64,000 nt of DNA from Dehalococcoidia bacterium (GCA_030615625.1 JAUWYX010000002.1:11995-75994); one strand, 5' to 3'. Positions 39,611 through 52,023 are shown, numbered from the stretch's first letter. Made by a program: numbers and translations. The notes: generated from the letters alone by a model not told the origin.

Positions 39611-40416
39611 ATCTCCAACCTCCTCTCGAAATAGACGTACCCAACGACGAAAAGCGCAGCCACAATCAGGTATCCAGCCCCCAGGTAAAGGAGGACCTCG
39701 GAAAAGCTTGGAACCCAAGTTTCAGAGGCAAAACCTACTGCGCCCATATGGTAATAATATGTCTGGAGAGCTGAATTAGGGTTGATTACAGCCCAAATTT
39801 TTAGTAGCACATCGGAGCCTGTTCCGTAAGCGGTGAAGGTCACCAATCCAGAGACTACCAACCCCGCAAAGAAAAGAACGACTCCGATGATGAGGGCGAG
39901 TCCCCCTCGTTTCAGCCGTAAAGTCAAAAGCAGCACGAGACCAGCCAGCAAAAGTGCTGGGCTACAGAGCTGAGCAGCATAGGTCAAGAAAACCGTGCTG
40001 GGATAGGTGAGAATGACATCCGGGGCTAACAGAAAGAGACCAAAAATCTGGATTCCCAAGAATAAGAGCAACGCTATGCCTAAACCTGAGAGAAGTTTTG
40101 CCGTGAGAATGTATCGCCTCTTCAAAGGATATGAGAACAGGGTTTGCATCACACCTTTCTCCAAATCGCCACCCAGACCGTAAGCCACATTCTTTAGAAT
40201 TAAGATCACAAAGATGAACAAAAGCGGAAATCCACATAAAGTGCTAACCAAGTTGTACGCGAGGGCTTCTTTAATCTGGCCGCTATATGCTCCTAAATTC
40301 GCGAAGACAAATGTCCCCAGTGCGAAAAGGAAAGCAAAAATCTCCAGGATCGGGAACCTGTAATCTTCATCGAGGGCATAAGTGAAGATTTCTAAGAATG
40401 GTCGGCCTTTTCCCAT
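39607..40416 (-). CDS. ABC-2 type permease
   Basis: Multi-TM; DLEKGVMQTLFSYPLKRRYILTAK motif. Confidence 0.85.
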   Translation of the reverse strand: MGKGRPFLEIFTYALDEDYRFPILEIFAFLFALGTFVFANLGAYSGQIKEALAYNLVSTLCGFPLLFIFVILILKNVAYGLGGDLEKGVMQTLFSYPLKRRYILTAKLLSGLGIALLLFLGIQIFGLFLLAPDVILTYPSTVFLTYAAQLCSPALLLAGLVLLLTLRLKRGGLALIIGVVLFFAGLVVSGLVTFTAYGTGSDVLLKIWAVINPNSALQTYYYHMGAVGFASETWVPSFSEVLLYLGAGYLIVAALFVVGYVYFERRLEI

Positions 40417-41345
40417 CTACGATCTTCTCCTTGTCCGGACTTGACAGCGAGCCTGAAAAGCTCTTCAAGGGAAGCGGTTCCGGTCTCTATTCCCACAATT
40501 TTAGCCTCTGCTTCCTTAGCAAGTCTGGGAGCATCTTCGAAAAGCCTTGCATCTTCGCCGGCAGGCACGCCTACAGAAACTCCCCTGCTATCTACCTCCA
40601 CCCGGTTAACATATTCCAGTTTTCTTATCGATTCTCCAAGCGCCTCAGGATTATCAGTAGATATCCTCGTAGTTCTGGCTCCAAGCTTCTCCGAAAGTTC
40701 CGTCAAACCTCCCGCGGCCCAAACTTTCCCCTGATTGATTATCGCCACGGATTCACAAACCCTGCTCAGCTCAGGAAGTACATGCGAGGAGATGAGAAAA
40801 GTTACATTTTTGTCGCGACGAAGCTGCAGGATTAAATCTAACAACTCTCTCCTGGCCTCAGGGTCAAGGTTTGATGTAGGTTCATCAGCGATGATGAGAC
40901 GTGGCTCTTTGATCAGGGCATGGGCTACGGCGAATTTTTGGAGCATCCCGGCCGACAATGCCTTTATGGTTCTGTCATGGGCATCCTCAAGCCTCGTCAA
41001 AGCTAAAACTTCACGGGCTCGGGATTCAGGTTTGCCAAAGATCCTGCACACTCTCTTCAGGTAGTCGAATACCTTATGATGGGATGGGAAGTAGGCTCTT
41101 TCATAGATTACTCCTATCTTCGGCTTGATATCCGGGTTGTCCCATGGTTCCTCGTCAAAAACCCTCACAAACCCTCTATTCGGCTTAAGCAAGCCTAAGA
41201 TTATCTTTATTGTGGTGGTTTTTCCAGCGCCGTTGGGACCTATAAGTCCCATAATGCTGCCCTCCTCCACCCTCAGAGAGAGCCCATCCACAGCAACCAC
41301 CCTCCCATAACTCTTGGCTAAATCATCCACCTGTATCAAACTCAT
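40392..41345 (-). CDS. ABC transporter ATP-binding protein
   Basis: GPNGAGKTT, LSAGM, DEPTSNLD, SSH. Confidence 0.93.
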   Translation of the reverse strand: MSLIQVDDLAKSYGRVVAVDGLSLRVEEGSIMGLIGPNGAGKTTTIKIILGLLKPNRGFVRVFDEEPWDNPDIKPKIGVIYERAYFPSHHKVFDYLKRVCRIFGKPESRAREVLALTRLEDAHDRTIKALSAGMLQKFAVAHALIKEPRLIIADEPTSNLDPEARRELLDLILQLRRDKNVTFLISSHVLPELSRVCESVAIINQGKVWAAGGLTELSEKLGARTTRISTDNPEALGESIRKLEYVNRVEVDSRGVSVGVPAGEDARLFEDAPRLAKEAEAKIVGIETGTASLEELFRLAVKSGQGEDRRWEKADHS

Positions 41346-41598
41346 GCGACTCACCTTGCCAAACACAAAAACACAAAGTCCGCCTACGAGCAGTTAAGAT
41401 AGGGGCACACTATAACAGCTTTGTTCACACTGGTTCACCCCTTGATTATTCAGGTGCCCACTGAGGTTCTAAGTTAACTTCTTAATTATAGCACAATATG
41501 CTGAAATATAGGTAAGCCTGGAAATGCACAAGTAATGAATTGTTAAGGCAGGACATAATGCTAAGAGGACTCTTGACTTGGTTTTGGAATTCGGCCTT

Positions 41599-42810
41599 TT
41601 ACAAGCCGGCTTCTTTTCTTAGAATTTCGGCCTTATCCGTCCTCTCCCAGGACAGGTTGAGGTCTTCCCTGCCAAAGTGCCCGTAAGTAGCAGTTTGGCG
41701 GTAAATGGGGCGGCGCAGGTCCAAAGTCCTTATGATAGCCTCAGGGCGAAAGTCGAAATGCTTGTTTATGAGATTTAATATGATTTCATCAGAGACTTTT
41801 CCCGTGCTGGATGTCTCGATGGATAATGACAGGGGATGGGCTTTCCCGATAGCATAGGCAACCTGAAGCTCAAGGTAATCAGCAAGTCCGGCAGCCACTA
41901 TATTCTTGACGACATATCTGGCCATATAAGAGGCGGAGCGGTCTACCTTGGTGGGGTCCTTGCCTGAAAAGCAGCCCCCACCATGCCCACAGGCACTGCC
42001 ATAAGTATCAGCAATGATTTTGCGCCCGGTAAAACCGGTGTCGCTCACCGGCCCGCCAATGACAAACTGACCGGCGCTGTTAATGTAGTATTCAGTCTCA
42101 CTATCCAGCAAATTGGCGGGAATGACCTTCTTAATCACTTGCTCTATAAGGTCGTGCTCGATGATTTTACGTTCCACCCCCGGGTCGTGATGAGCACCAA
42201 GAACAACACAGACCACCCTCTTGGGTATGCCATGACTATACTCTATGGTTACCTGAGCTTTGCCATCGGGCCTGAGATAAGGCACGACCCCCTCTTTTCT
42301 TACCTGAGCCAGGCTCCGGCATAGCTTGTGTGCCAGTGTAATAGGCAAAGGCATGAGCTCAGGAGTTTCTCTACAGGCAAAGCCAACCATCATTCCCTGG
42401 TCACCAGCACCAGTTTTGTCTAAAACTTCGTCAGTTGCCTCTCCTATTCTTGTTTCTAAAGATTGACCAACCCCGGCAGCAATGTCGCTTGACTGCTCCT
42501 TCACTGAGACGAGGACTCCACAGGTCCGATAATCAAAGCCATATTCGGGTTTGGTATAGCCTGCCTCTTTGATTACCTGGCGTACCAGGTTGGGAATTTC
42601 CACATAGCAATCACAGGTAATCTCACCGAGAACCATCACCATGCCCATGGCCACAGAGACTTCGCAGGCTACCCGAGCGAAGGGGTCCTGTGCCAGCATG
42701 GCATCAAGGACAGCGTCTGAAATCTGGTCGCATAGCTTATCAGGATGTCCCTCGGTGACGCACTCCGCAGTGGCTAAATAAGAATCCGACTGATTGAAGC
42801 TATTCGGCAT
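41599..42810 (-). CDS. metK: S-adenosylmethionine synthetase
   Basis: [37 protein letters not shown]. Confidence 0.97.
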   Translation of the reverse strand: MPNSFNQSDSYLATAECVTEGHPDKLCDQISDAVLDAMLAQDPFARVACEVSVAMGMVMVLGEITCDCYVEIPNLVRQVIKEAGYTKPEYGFDYRTCGVLVSVKEQSSDIAAGVGQSLETRIGEATDEVLDKTGAGDQGMMVGFACRETPELMPLPITLAHKLCRSLAQVRKEGVVPYLRPDGKAQVTIEYSHGIPKRVVCVVLGAHHDPGVERKIIEHDLIEQVIKKVIPANLLDSETEYYINSAGQFVIGGPVSDTGFTGRKIIADTYGSACGHGGGCFSGKDPTKVDRSASYMARYVVKNIVAAGLADYLELQVAYAIGKAHPLSLSIETSSTGKVSDEIILNLINKHFDFRPEAIIRTLDLRRPIYRQTATYGHFGREDLNLSWERTDKAEILRKEAGL

Positions 42811-42822
42811 TTTTACTCCTTT

Positions 42823-44097
<1,275 letters not shown>

Positions 44098-44147
44098 CTA
44101 CTTTCTAGTTCTCTCCATTGTATTTTCAGGTTCGACTCCATTGTTTA

Positions 44148-44837
44148 CTAATCGGTCAGTGGCTTCGCCACCACAATTCTCCATGCGGCTATTTTGAGAA
44201 GTATAAACTCCTCAGTTTTGGTTATCTGGTATCCCGCGTCTTCTATCAATTTCTCCACATAAATCGGCCGGCAATTGGCATACTTGGGAACCTTCTGGTG
44301 TAGCCACTCATAGGATCTTATAAACAGCGAACCTTCTCTGCCTTCTTTTGTAAGACTGGCAACACCAAGCCTTCCGCTAGGCTTCAAGACCTTTTTGACT
44401 TCGTTGAGAACTACAGGAATATCCGGTGTATCAAACAGCTCCAAAGTGCTAGCCATGTAAACGGCATCGAATTTGCCATTTTGGTAAGGCATCCTTCTAG
44501 CATCCCCTTCATATAGCTCCACCCTGTCCATAAACCCTGCCTTCTTAAGCCTTTTCCTGGTTAACTCCAACATCTGAGGCGTTACATCAATGCCGTGGGC
44601 TTTGCCATTTTCTCCAACGAAGTTAGCGATTTCCTTTAACGAATATCCTGTTCCTACACCTACCTCAAGAACGACTTCACCCGGCGTGACAGATAGAAGG
44701 TGCAGGCCTTTCCGTCTAAGTCCCTTCTCAAATATTCCCTCTGCGAGAGCATAAAACCGGCTCATTACGCCATAGCTCTTCTTTATATCCTCTAATCTTA
44801 CCGGTACTCCTAACATTTCCCCTTGGTTGTTAATCAT
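44148..44837 (-). CDS. Class I SAM-dependent methyltransferase (UbiE-like)
   Basis: VLEVGVGTG, GDA..MPY....FD, VLKPSG. Confidence 0.85.
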   Translation of the reverse strand: MINNQGEMLGVPVRLEDIKKSYGVMSRFYALAEGIFEKGLRRKGLHLLSVTPGEVVLEVGVGTGYSLKEIANFVGENGKAHGIDVTPQMLELTRKRLKKAGFMDRVELYEGDARRMPYQNGKFDAVYMASTLELFDTPDIPVVLNEVKKVLKPSGRLGVASLTKEGREGSLFIRSYEWLHQKVPKYANCRPIYVEKLIEDAGYQITKTEEFILLKIAAWRIVVAKPLTD

Positions 44838-44843
44838 GTTCTT

Positions 44844-45743
44844 CTATCGCCTGAACTGCTCAGCAACCCAATCAGGTATGTCCAATGTGCCCATAAGGAG
44901 CGGTTTTTGATGACAATCGCTGCCTCCGGTCATGAGCATATTGTGCTTCCTGGCAAACTCAATATAGTGTGCCGTGGTTTTCTCGTCATGTCTGGGATGC
45001 CAGCACTCGACACCATCGATGTATTGTAGCATATATTTTTCCATGACCTTCGTTTGTTCGTCCAAATCGCGCTTTATGCTTACCAGGGATGTTCCGTGGG
45101 GGTCATTGGGGTGGGCATGTACCAGTACACCCCCGGCATTCCTGATCAGCTTTGATGCCTCAGCCAGAGAGAGCGGGTACTTGGGGACATCGCACTTGAC
45201 CAGATATTTATCGAAGGCCTCTTGCTTATCCTTTACAATCCCCTTTTCCTCCAAGTAGTTCGCTATATGGGGTCGCCCGAACACGCCGTCTACACTATCC
45301 TCTATTTTCCTGAGGTCTTCCTCGGTAAATCTTTCAATACCCTCTTTATCGAACTCAACGTTCAGGTTTTCTAAAATCTGACGCGCCCTTCTTTCCCTAT
45401 GTTCCTTCATCAATTGAATCTTGCTCTTTAGCTCTTGATTACCGATGTCATACCCGTATCCCAGGAAATCCAGGGAGACGGTTTTATCTTCAGTGGGATA
45501 ATGGAAAGTCACGTTTAATTCTACCCCCGTGATGTAAGACATGCCATGCTTTCTCGCCAGGACGATAGCTCTTTCCTGACAATCTATGGAATCGTGGTCA
45601 GTTATCGAGATTAAATCAATGTTTCTATTTTTGGCTTCTTGGAAAACCTCTTCAATAGGGAGATTGCCATCCGAGCCGGTCCTGGTATGGATGTGCAAAT
45701 CGATTTTCACTTCTACTTCTTTTCCATGCCAATGATATACCAA
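44844..45743 (-). CDS. PHP-domain phosphoesterase
   Basis: DLHIHT..SDG, ITDHD, GRPH, AHP, GGSDCH; the true start is probably a few codons downstream. Confidence 0.9.
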   Translation of the reverse strand: MVYHWHGKEVEVKIDLHIHTRTGSDGNLPIEEVFQEAKNRNIDLISITDHDSIDCQERAIVLARKHGMSYITGVELNVTFHYPTEDKTVSLDFLGYGYDIGNQELKSKIQLMKEHRERRARQILENLNVEFDKEGIERFTEEDLRKIEDSVDGVFGRPHIANYLEEKGIVKDKQEAFDKYLVKCDVPKYPLSLAEASKLIRNAGGVLVHAHPNDPHGTSLVSIKRDLDEQTKVMEKYMLQYIDGVECWHPRHDEKTTAHYIEFARKHNMLMTGGSDCHQKPLLMGTLDIPDWVAEQFRR

Positions 45744-46315
45744 TCCTCGGGCGGGTCATATTGGGTATCAACTGTCAGGTGGATGATATTGAGTCTGGGA
45801 TACAATCGCTTCAGGTCATCCATGTCCACTTCTTCAAACTTCTTTTTATTGTTGAGGTAGGCCTGCTCGGTGAGGGCATTCGATTCGTAATCCTCTTGGG
45901 TACGTCTTAGTATCCGGGCGATGGCTACCTCTTGCGGGCAATGGGTCTGAAGGATGACGAATGTCTTATTATGTTTGGCTGCTATCTCAGCAGCCCGTCT
46001 TCTCAACAATTGGCTGACGAAGGTGGCATCGAGTATTACACTATCGCCCTTCTCCAGGGTCTCATCTGCCCGCCGGAATGTCTCATCGTAGACCGCCATT
46101 CGTTTGGTCATATCCGAAGCGACCTTCTCATCGAATATATCCTCATCTTTCAGCACTTCCAGTCTAATCAGGTCGGACCGAAGGATAGGGTAGCCCTTAA
46201 TCCTGGAAATCTCCTCGCTGGTCTCGGTTTTCCAGGTGCCGGGAAGGCCACAGGTAATAAGCAAAACACCAGCGCCCAACTCGCTTTCCACAAATTTGGC
46301 AAACGGCTCTCTCAA
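45713..46315 (-). CDS. AAA_33-type P-loop kinase
   Basis: CGLPGTWKT, SD.IR, VILDATF....RR. Confidence 0.8.
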   Translation of the reverse strand: MREPFAKFVESELGAGVLLITCGLPGTWKTETSEEISRIKGYPILRSDLIRLEVLKDEDIFDEKVASDMTKRMAVYDETFRRADETLEKGDSVILDATFVSQLLRRRAAEIAAKHNKTFVILQTHCPQEVAIARILRRTQEDYESNALTEQAYLNNKKKFEEVDMDDLKRLYPRLNIIHLTVDTQYDPPEDWYIIGMEKK

Positions 46316-46335
46316 TCTACGCCTCCTGTACAGCT

Positions 46336-46468
46336 CGACATCGTCGCATTAGATTATAACTGCTCAAATTCTCCTTGTCATTGCGTCCCCTAATTTGACC
46401 GTCTCCCCTAGCTAATGCTAAACTATTTTCGGGCAGCGTAGCTCAGGGGTAGAGCAGAGGACTCATAA
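46336..46468 (+). repeat. 133-bp direct repeat, copy 1: tRNA promoter plus tRNA 5' half ending in the anticodon loop
   Basis: 131/133 identical to 53639-53771; the tRNA sequence stops after GACTCATAA. Confidence 0.95.
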
Positions 46469-46748
46469 TTCTAAGCTAGATGTCCCAAATGGTCCCTTTA
46501 CCTATAAAATAGAGCCTTTGTGTCAATTACCAAAACCCCGTTTTGCTCGTGAAGTCCCGTTATGTCCCAACCCATCCCAAACAATTTAACGCCAAAATAA
46601 CGCCAATTTTTCAGGTATGGCCTGAAGCTAACGGAACGACAATAGCGATAATACCATAGCAATAAAAACAACAATGATGATAACAACGATAATATCTAAA
46701 TGTGATATGAAATTTTCGGCTAGGGATTGACGTAGCGCTAAGTTTTAC

Positions 46749-49700
46749 CTATTTCTTTCTTGAAAGGCCCTTCAGTTCTTTCTCAGCTTTTTCCACCCAC
46801 CCGGCGGCTCCGCATTCTTTGAAGATTTCTATTGCTTGTTTGAGGTTTTCTTTTGCTTTTGGTGTATTGCCTTTGCGTTTGAACAACCCGGCATATGCAG
46901 TATAGTCCTTTCCCAGATGAAACATCATGCCATTTCTCTTGTCCGCTTCGATGGCCTTCTTGACCCAATCCTCCGCCTCGGATATGTGCTTTTCATCGAT
47001 ATTCAACAGAATCTCCCCTATATATCTTGGCATCCAACCATCATAAATTCTCCAATTGTTCTCGGCCTCGTAGCGATACAACGCCTCTAAATCAACGTCC
47101 ATCTCATTGTTTATTACCCTTGTCCGTGCCGAAGCTATTTTGCACATATTCAAGGAAGAGGGAAAAAGTCTATTTTGTTCGAGCCGCGAAATTGCTTTTT
47201 TATAACAATCCTGGGATCTCTCATATTCGCCCATATCAAAGTAGGTATCGCCCAACCATAAATATCCCAGAGAGAACACTGAAGGTAAATCGATACCCTC
47301 AGCAAAATCAATTCCCTTCAAGAGATGCTCTTCAGCCCGTTCCAGAAATCCCTTGCAATAGCAAGAGTAACCATGGAAAGTGTACCCACATGCTCTTGAA
47401 TAGATATCACCACTCTCTTCGGCTAGCCGCAGGGCCTCATCGCTGGTCTGATAACCTAGGCCAATCCTTCCCTGAAAATCATAGACAAAAGCACTTAGCA
47501 TGCTTTTCTGCACTGATATGCCCCAAAGGCTGTTTCCCGCCACATTAATCTGCAGTGTTTTTTCCATATGGTAAAGGGCTCTTTCATATTTGCAACTCCA
47601 AGACAGCGCAAGTCCCAGCCAGAAGTTTGCCTGTGCTAACGAAAGTATATCGCTTAGCTCCTCTGCCATCTTTAGAGCATCCTCCAGATATTTGAAGGCC
47701 TTGGGAAAATCCTCCTCCGCGTGATACCAGTAGGAGCCCATTATGGTGTATATCTGAGATACCCTCCTCTTGTAGCCAAGCTCCAGAGCTAAATCAACTA
47801 TCGGGTCAACAGCCTCTTTTGCCTCAAAAGGATGACCCATTTGAATGTGATAGAGTCCAACAGCCGTCCGGGCAGCTACTATCTTCCGCTGTACATCCTC
47901 CGTCTGAGGTAACTTGTCAAGGCAGTCTATCCTTTTCTCACTGTATGCAATCGCATCGTTAAATGCCCCTGCCCTCTCAGCTTTCCTTCCCACCAGCCGG
48001 CAGTACTCAGCCCCCTTCTCGTAGCTCTCACCTGCGATATAGTGCTCAGCCAGTACTGCATAATGCTGATCTAGATTATCTTTATAGACCTCCTCAATGG
48101 CATCGCCTATGTCCAGGTGAAGCTTCTTCCTCCTTTTGGTCATTATCGAATCATAGACCACCTCGCGGGTCAGGGCATGCTTGAAGATATAGGTCGATTG
48201 GGGATATATCCCTCTTTCATAGAGAAGCTCTGCATCCCTTAAGGCTGACAGGTGGGACAGCAACTCCTGTTCTGATATGCCAGTCACCCGCTTCATCAAC
48301 TCGTAGCTGAACTCTCTCTCAATCGCAGAGCCCGTCTTAAGCACGCCCTTGGCCGCTTCGGGCAACGAATCAACCCTGGCCATGATGACATCTTGAATCG
48401 TACCCGGTATGGTTACATCATTAACATCTCTGGTTAGAAAATATCCACTATCCTTCCTCTCGATTATCTCAAGGTCTTTGAGGGACTTCATAAACTCCTC
48501 GATGAAAAAGGGGATCCCCTCCGTCTTCTGCAAGATCAACTCCTCAAGGTCCCCCGCTATTTCCTCCGTACCCAGGAGATGAGCTACCATCGCCAGGCTC
48601 TCGCGGTTGGAAAGCCGGTTCAAGGTTACCTGGCTGTGATAGGACCTGCCGCCCCAGGTGTGCACGAACTCAGGACGGTAAGTAAATATCAAGAAAACCC
48701 GTGACCCCGATATGGTATCCAGCCAATACTTCAAGGTATCCTCGGTGCTCCTATCAGTCCAGTGGAGGTCCTCAATAGCCATTATCAAGGGCCGTAGCTC
48801 TGCACCCTTCAGGATAACTCGCTTTACTGCCTCGAGAATCCGATCTTTCCTGGCTTCCGGGCTCATGGATATGTTGTCTATTCCGCTGTCCTTGACCGAT
48901 AGCAGCTCCAGAAGATAGGGCAGGGTGTTGGCCTCGTCTGCACCTAATAGCTTCAATCCCTCTTTCACCCTATCCCTGACCCGGTAGTCCTCGTCACTTT
49001 CCCTGATATCAAAGTTTGACTTCAAGAGGTCTATGACTGGATGATAGGCCACGCCCCTGCTGTATGAGAGGCACCTGCCCTCCAAAAAAGTAGCATCCTC
49101 GTTGGCTATGGCCTTTCTGAACTCATACAGCAGCCTGGACTTGCCCACGCCGGCCTCGCCCATGATGGAGAAGGCCTGGCCCCTGCCTGCCTTAGCCCGT
49201 TCGAAGCCATCCAGCAACAGCTCGAGCTCCCTCTCCCGGCCCACAAAGGGGGTCAGGCCCCACTCAGCGCTTACGTCAAACCTCGCCCTTCTGGTGCTGG
49301 TGGCGATCACCCGGTAGGCCTTGACCGGCGCCTCCTTCCCCTTGACCTGCCTCTCCCCCAAGGCCTCAAAGCGGAAAAGGCCCTCGGTGACCTTGAAGGT
49401 CTCCTCGGTAACATAGGTGGTGCCCGGCTCCGCTAGATCTTCCATCCTGGATGCCAGGTTCACCGTATCCCCCATTGCTGTGAACTCCACCCGCAGATCA
49501 TTTCCCAGGCTGCCGACCACAACGGGGCCGGTGTTAATGCCAATCCGTATCTTTATCGGGTCTATCCCGCTTTCGCTCTTTAGACGATTACTAAACCTGG
49601 TCATCTCCCGCTGGATGGCCAGAGCGGAGCGAATGGCCCGCTGGGGGGCATGCTCGAGGGCTCTGGGGGCCCCAAACAGGGCCATGACGCCGTCGCCGGT

Positions 49701-50126
49701 CATTTTGTTGATAGTGCCACCATAGTCGAGAACTTTATGGATTAGGATCTCAAAGACCTCATCCATGATGGAGTAGATTTTCTCGTGGCCGAGTTTCTCG
49801 GAAAGTGGGGTAAATCCCTTCATGTCACAGAACATAACAGTAACCTGCTTGCGCTCACCTTCGATTTTGTCTCTTTGAGCTAGGATCTTCTCGGTGAGCC
49901 CTCTAGGCAGGTAACGCTGGATCTTCTCCAGTTTCTCGTCAAAAGAGAGGCCTCTGGGAGTCTGTTCGAAGGGAACTGTCAGATCGTGGCCGCACTCACC
50001 ACAAAATCTATCCCTGGGAAGGTTTTCAGAGCCACACTGAGGGCATATCTGCAAAAGCTTTGCACCGCACTCGTGGCAAAACTTCCTCGTCTCAGGATTT
50101 TCCGCTTGGCAATTAGGGCATTTCAT
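46749..50126 (-). CDS. Class III adenylate/guanylate cyclase with double zinc ribbon, AAA (STAND-like) ATPase and TPR region
   Basis: CPNC...C..CG twice; VTVMFCDMKGFT, GDGVMALFG, GDTVNLASR; GEAGVGKSRL, EDLHW, FKHAL. Confidence 0.92.
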   Translation of the reverse strand: MKCPNCQAENPETRKFCHECGAKLLQICPQCGSENLPRDRFCGECGHDLTVPFEQTPRGLSFDEKLEKIQRYLPRGLTEKILAQRDKIEGERKQVTVMFCDMKGFTPLSEKLGHEKIYSIMDEVFEILIHKVLDYGGTINKMTGDGVMALFGAPRALEHAPQRAIRSALAIQREMTRFSNRLKSESGIDPIKIRIGINTGPVVVGSLGNDLRVEFTAMGDTVNLASRMEDLAEPGTTYVTEETFKVTEGLFRFEALGERQVKGKEAPVKAYRVIATSTRRARFDVSAEWGLTPFVGRERELELLLDGFERAKAGRGQAFSIMGEAGVGKSRLLYEFRKAIANEDATFLEGRCLSYSRGVAYHPVIDLLKSNFDIRESDEDYRVRDRVKEGLKLLGADEANTLPYLLELLSVKDSGIDNISMSPEARKDRILEAVKRVILKGAELRPLIMAIEDLHWTDRSTEDTLKYWLDTISGSRVFLIFTYRPEFVHTWGGRSYHSQVTLNRLSNRESLAMVAHLLGTEEIAGDLEELILQKTEGIPFFIEEFMKSLKDLEIIERKDSGYFLTRDVNDVTIPGTIQDVIMARVDSLPEAAKGVLKTGSAIEREFSYELMKRVTGISEQELLSHLSALRDAELLYERGIYPQSTYIFKHALTREVVYDSIMTKRRKKLHLDIGDAIEEVYKDNLDQHYAVLAEHYIAGESYEKGAEYCRLVGRKAERAGAFNDAIAYSEKRIDCLDKLPQTEDVQRKIVAARTAVGLYHIQMGHPFEAKEAVDPIVDLALELGYKRRVSQIYTIMGSYWYHAEEDFPKAFKYLEDALKMAEELSDILSLAQANFWLGLALSWSCKYERALYHMEKTLQINVAGNSLWGISVQKSMLSAFVYDFQGRIGLGYQTSDEALRLAEESGDIYSRACGYTFHGYSCYCKGFLERAEEHLLKGIDFAEGIDLPSVFSLGYLWLGDTYFDMGEYERSQDCYKKAISRLEQNRLFPSSLNMCKIASARTRVINNEMDVDLEALYRYEAENNWRIYDGWMPRYIGEILLNIDEKHISEAEDWVKKAIEADKRNGMMFHLGKDYTAYAGLFKRKGNTPKAKENLKQAIEIFKECGAAGWVEKAEKELKGLSRKK

Positions 50127-50576
50127 TGTTTATCTCCATAAATCAAAAAGGATTCTTTTAATTGGCTTTCCAATAATTTGATTATACTCCCAAGAAACCT
50201 CAAATAGAATACATCACAAGAGAACAAGATGAGAATAGAAGCAATACATCAAAGATAGAATAGACCACCCATACCAATAAAAACAGCAATGACCGATAAT
50301 GGCAAAAGTTGCTCTCTCAGCGACAACCCTAAAAGAATGAAGGGTTTCCAAAATACCTAAAATTGAATGGAAAATCAAAATTAACAGCCTATGGCGGACG
50401 AAGGGGGGGTGAGGTGAATCACTGGATATACCATTACTAATGGGTGATTGACAGCAAAGAAAACGACGCTATACTGTAATCTGGGAGGGAAGTTCAAATA
50501 CCAATATCTGGATTCCAAGTAATCTCCTACGACCAAAATCCACAAGACTAGACAGTTTTGAATTTCAAAAAAGAGC

Positions 50577-51149
50577 ATGCAAATCAAACCATTCCCTTTA
50601 GTGTTGATTATTCTGGCGGTGCTGACTGTAATAGGATTAGTTTATAAGATTCCGGAACAAGCACTGGGAACAGGAACCTTGAAGCTATACCTTTCCGATG
50701 CGCCGCTAGACGCTGAAGATGTTACAGGTGTTTATATCACTATCAATGAAATTCAATACCACCTAGATAGTCAATGGATAACGTGCGAAGAATTTAAAGG
50801 CCCTCAAATATATAACTTATTGGAATTAACCGACGGAAATTCCGCTTTGTTGGGTGAGTTGACATTACCTGCCGGGAATTACAATCAAATTCGCTTTATA
50901 CTGGATATTCCAGAAAAGGGCTCATATCCGGCAAATCCAGGCTGCTATATTGAATTTGCTGATAACTTCACTGCGCCTCTCTTCGTACCGAGTGGTGGAG
51001 ACACAGGGTATAAAGCGATAGGCTACTTCGAAGTACCTGTTAATGGAACTGTGGAGGTTACTGCAGATTTTGATGTTCGTAAAGCTGTGGTTGTAGCTGG
51101 TTCTTCGTACATCCTAAAGCCAACAATCAAGCTGATAGTCAACTACTAA
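50577..51149 (+). CDS. DUF4382 domain exported protein
   Basis: N-terminal TM; GTLKLYLSDAP, LPAGNYNQIRF, ADFDVRK, YILKP. Confidence 0.75.
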   Translation: MQIKPFPLVLIILAVLTVIGLVYKIPEQALGTGTLKLYLSDAPLDAEDVTGVYITINEIQYHLDSQWITCEEFKGPQIYNLLELTDGNSALLGELTLPAGNYNQIRFILDIPEKGSYPANPGCYIEFADNFTAPLFVPSGGDTGYKAIGYFEVPVNGTVEVTADFDVRKAVVVAGSSYILKPTIKLIVNY

Positions 51150-51524
51150 GCTGGAAGCATCCGTGGCTTACTCAACTGTAACCTAAAGTTTGGATTTTGT
51201 CTGATTTGGTTTCAGGTATTTTAGCGTGTTTTTAAGTGCTTTTATTCCCTTTAACTGAAGCTAATAAATCTTTTTCTTAAAGTTAAAATGAGGAGTAAAT
51301 TGTGCGGGCCTGGTGATAAGAGCGGGCACCATCGCCCAAACCAAAGGGCACACCCCTTCTTGATATTAGGATACCTGTCTCTGACTTATTTGAATTTTCA
51401 GAGTAATCAAAGGGGTTATCAGGTTCCTGAAGGCTTTCGGAATCCTGAGAAAACACACTTCTACATCTGTGTTAATAGAGTTTAATATGTGAATAGCTGG
51501 CTAGCAAAGATGGTTCTGCTTATT

Positions 51525-51959
51525 TCATTCATACCCGAGCTTCGGTGAAAGTGGGACGGCACTTCGCATGTAGGTTCCACTTCCCCAGGCAATTTCTCGA
51601 CTATCTGAATCAACCAACTTTGATTGTGCGATAAATAGGCGCTGTGAACGGTGAATAACCTGCCCAATCGCCTTTATCTTCCCCTGTGAAATAGGACGAG
51701 TAAGATATATGTTGAAGGAGACGGTTAAGACGAAGACGTCATTCACCAGCGAGTTCACTGCAAAAAAGGCAGCGTCATCGAGAGCCTTAAAATATACCGA
51801 CCCATGCACAGTACCGGCTGAGTGAAAAAAATCTTGGCGCACAACGATAATCACCTCCGCATACCCTTCATCCACGCAAATTGTCGGCATATAATACCTA
51901 TTTGTTGGCGCAAATGCATACATGTGCTCTAGCCTTCGGTAATGTTCTTCTTTGTTCAT
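51525..51959 (-). CDS. PaaI-family hotdog thioesterase
   Basis: HSAGTVHGSVYFKALDDAAFFA. Confidence 0.88.
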   Translation of the reverse strand: MNKEEHYRRLEHMYAFAPTNRYYMPTICVDEGYAEVIIVVRQDFFHSAGTVHGSVYFKALDDAAFFAVNSLVNDVFVLTVSFNIYLTRPISQGKIKAIGQVIHRSQRLFIAQSKLVDSDSREIAWGSGTYMRSAVPLSPKLGYE

Positions 51960-52023
51960 CTTCCAGCTATCTTCCCTATCTCATTATCATTATATGGCCT
52001 TTTTGCCTCATATGGAAGAGTTA

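Noticed and set aside
46432..46468. Intron-containing or split tRNA
   Set aside because: No separate 3' exon follows; the downstream copy is a complete tRNA with its own duplicated promoter, and no intron features were seen.
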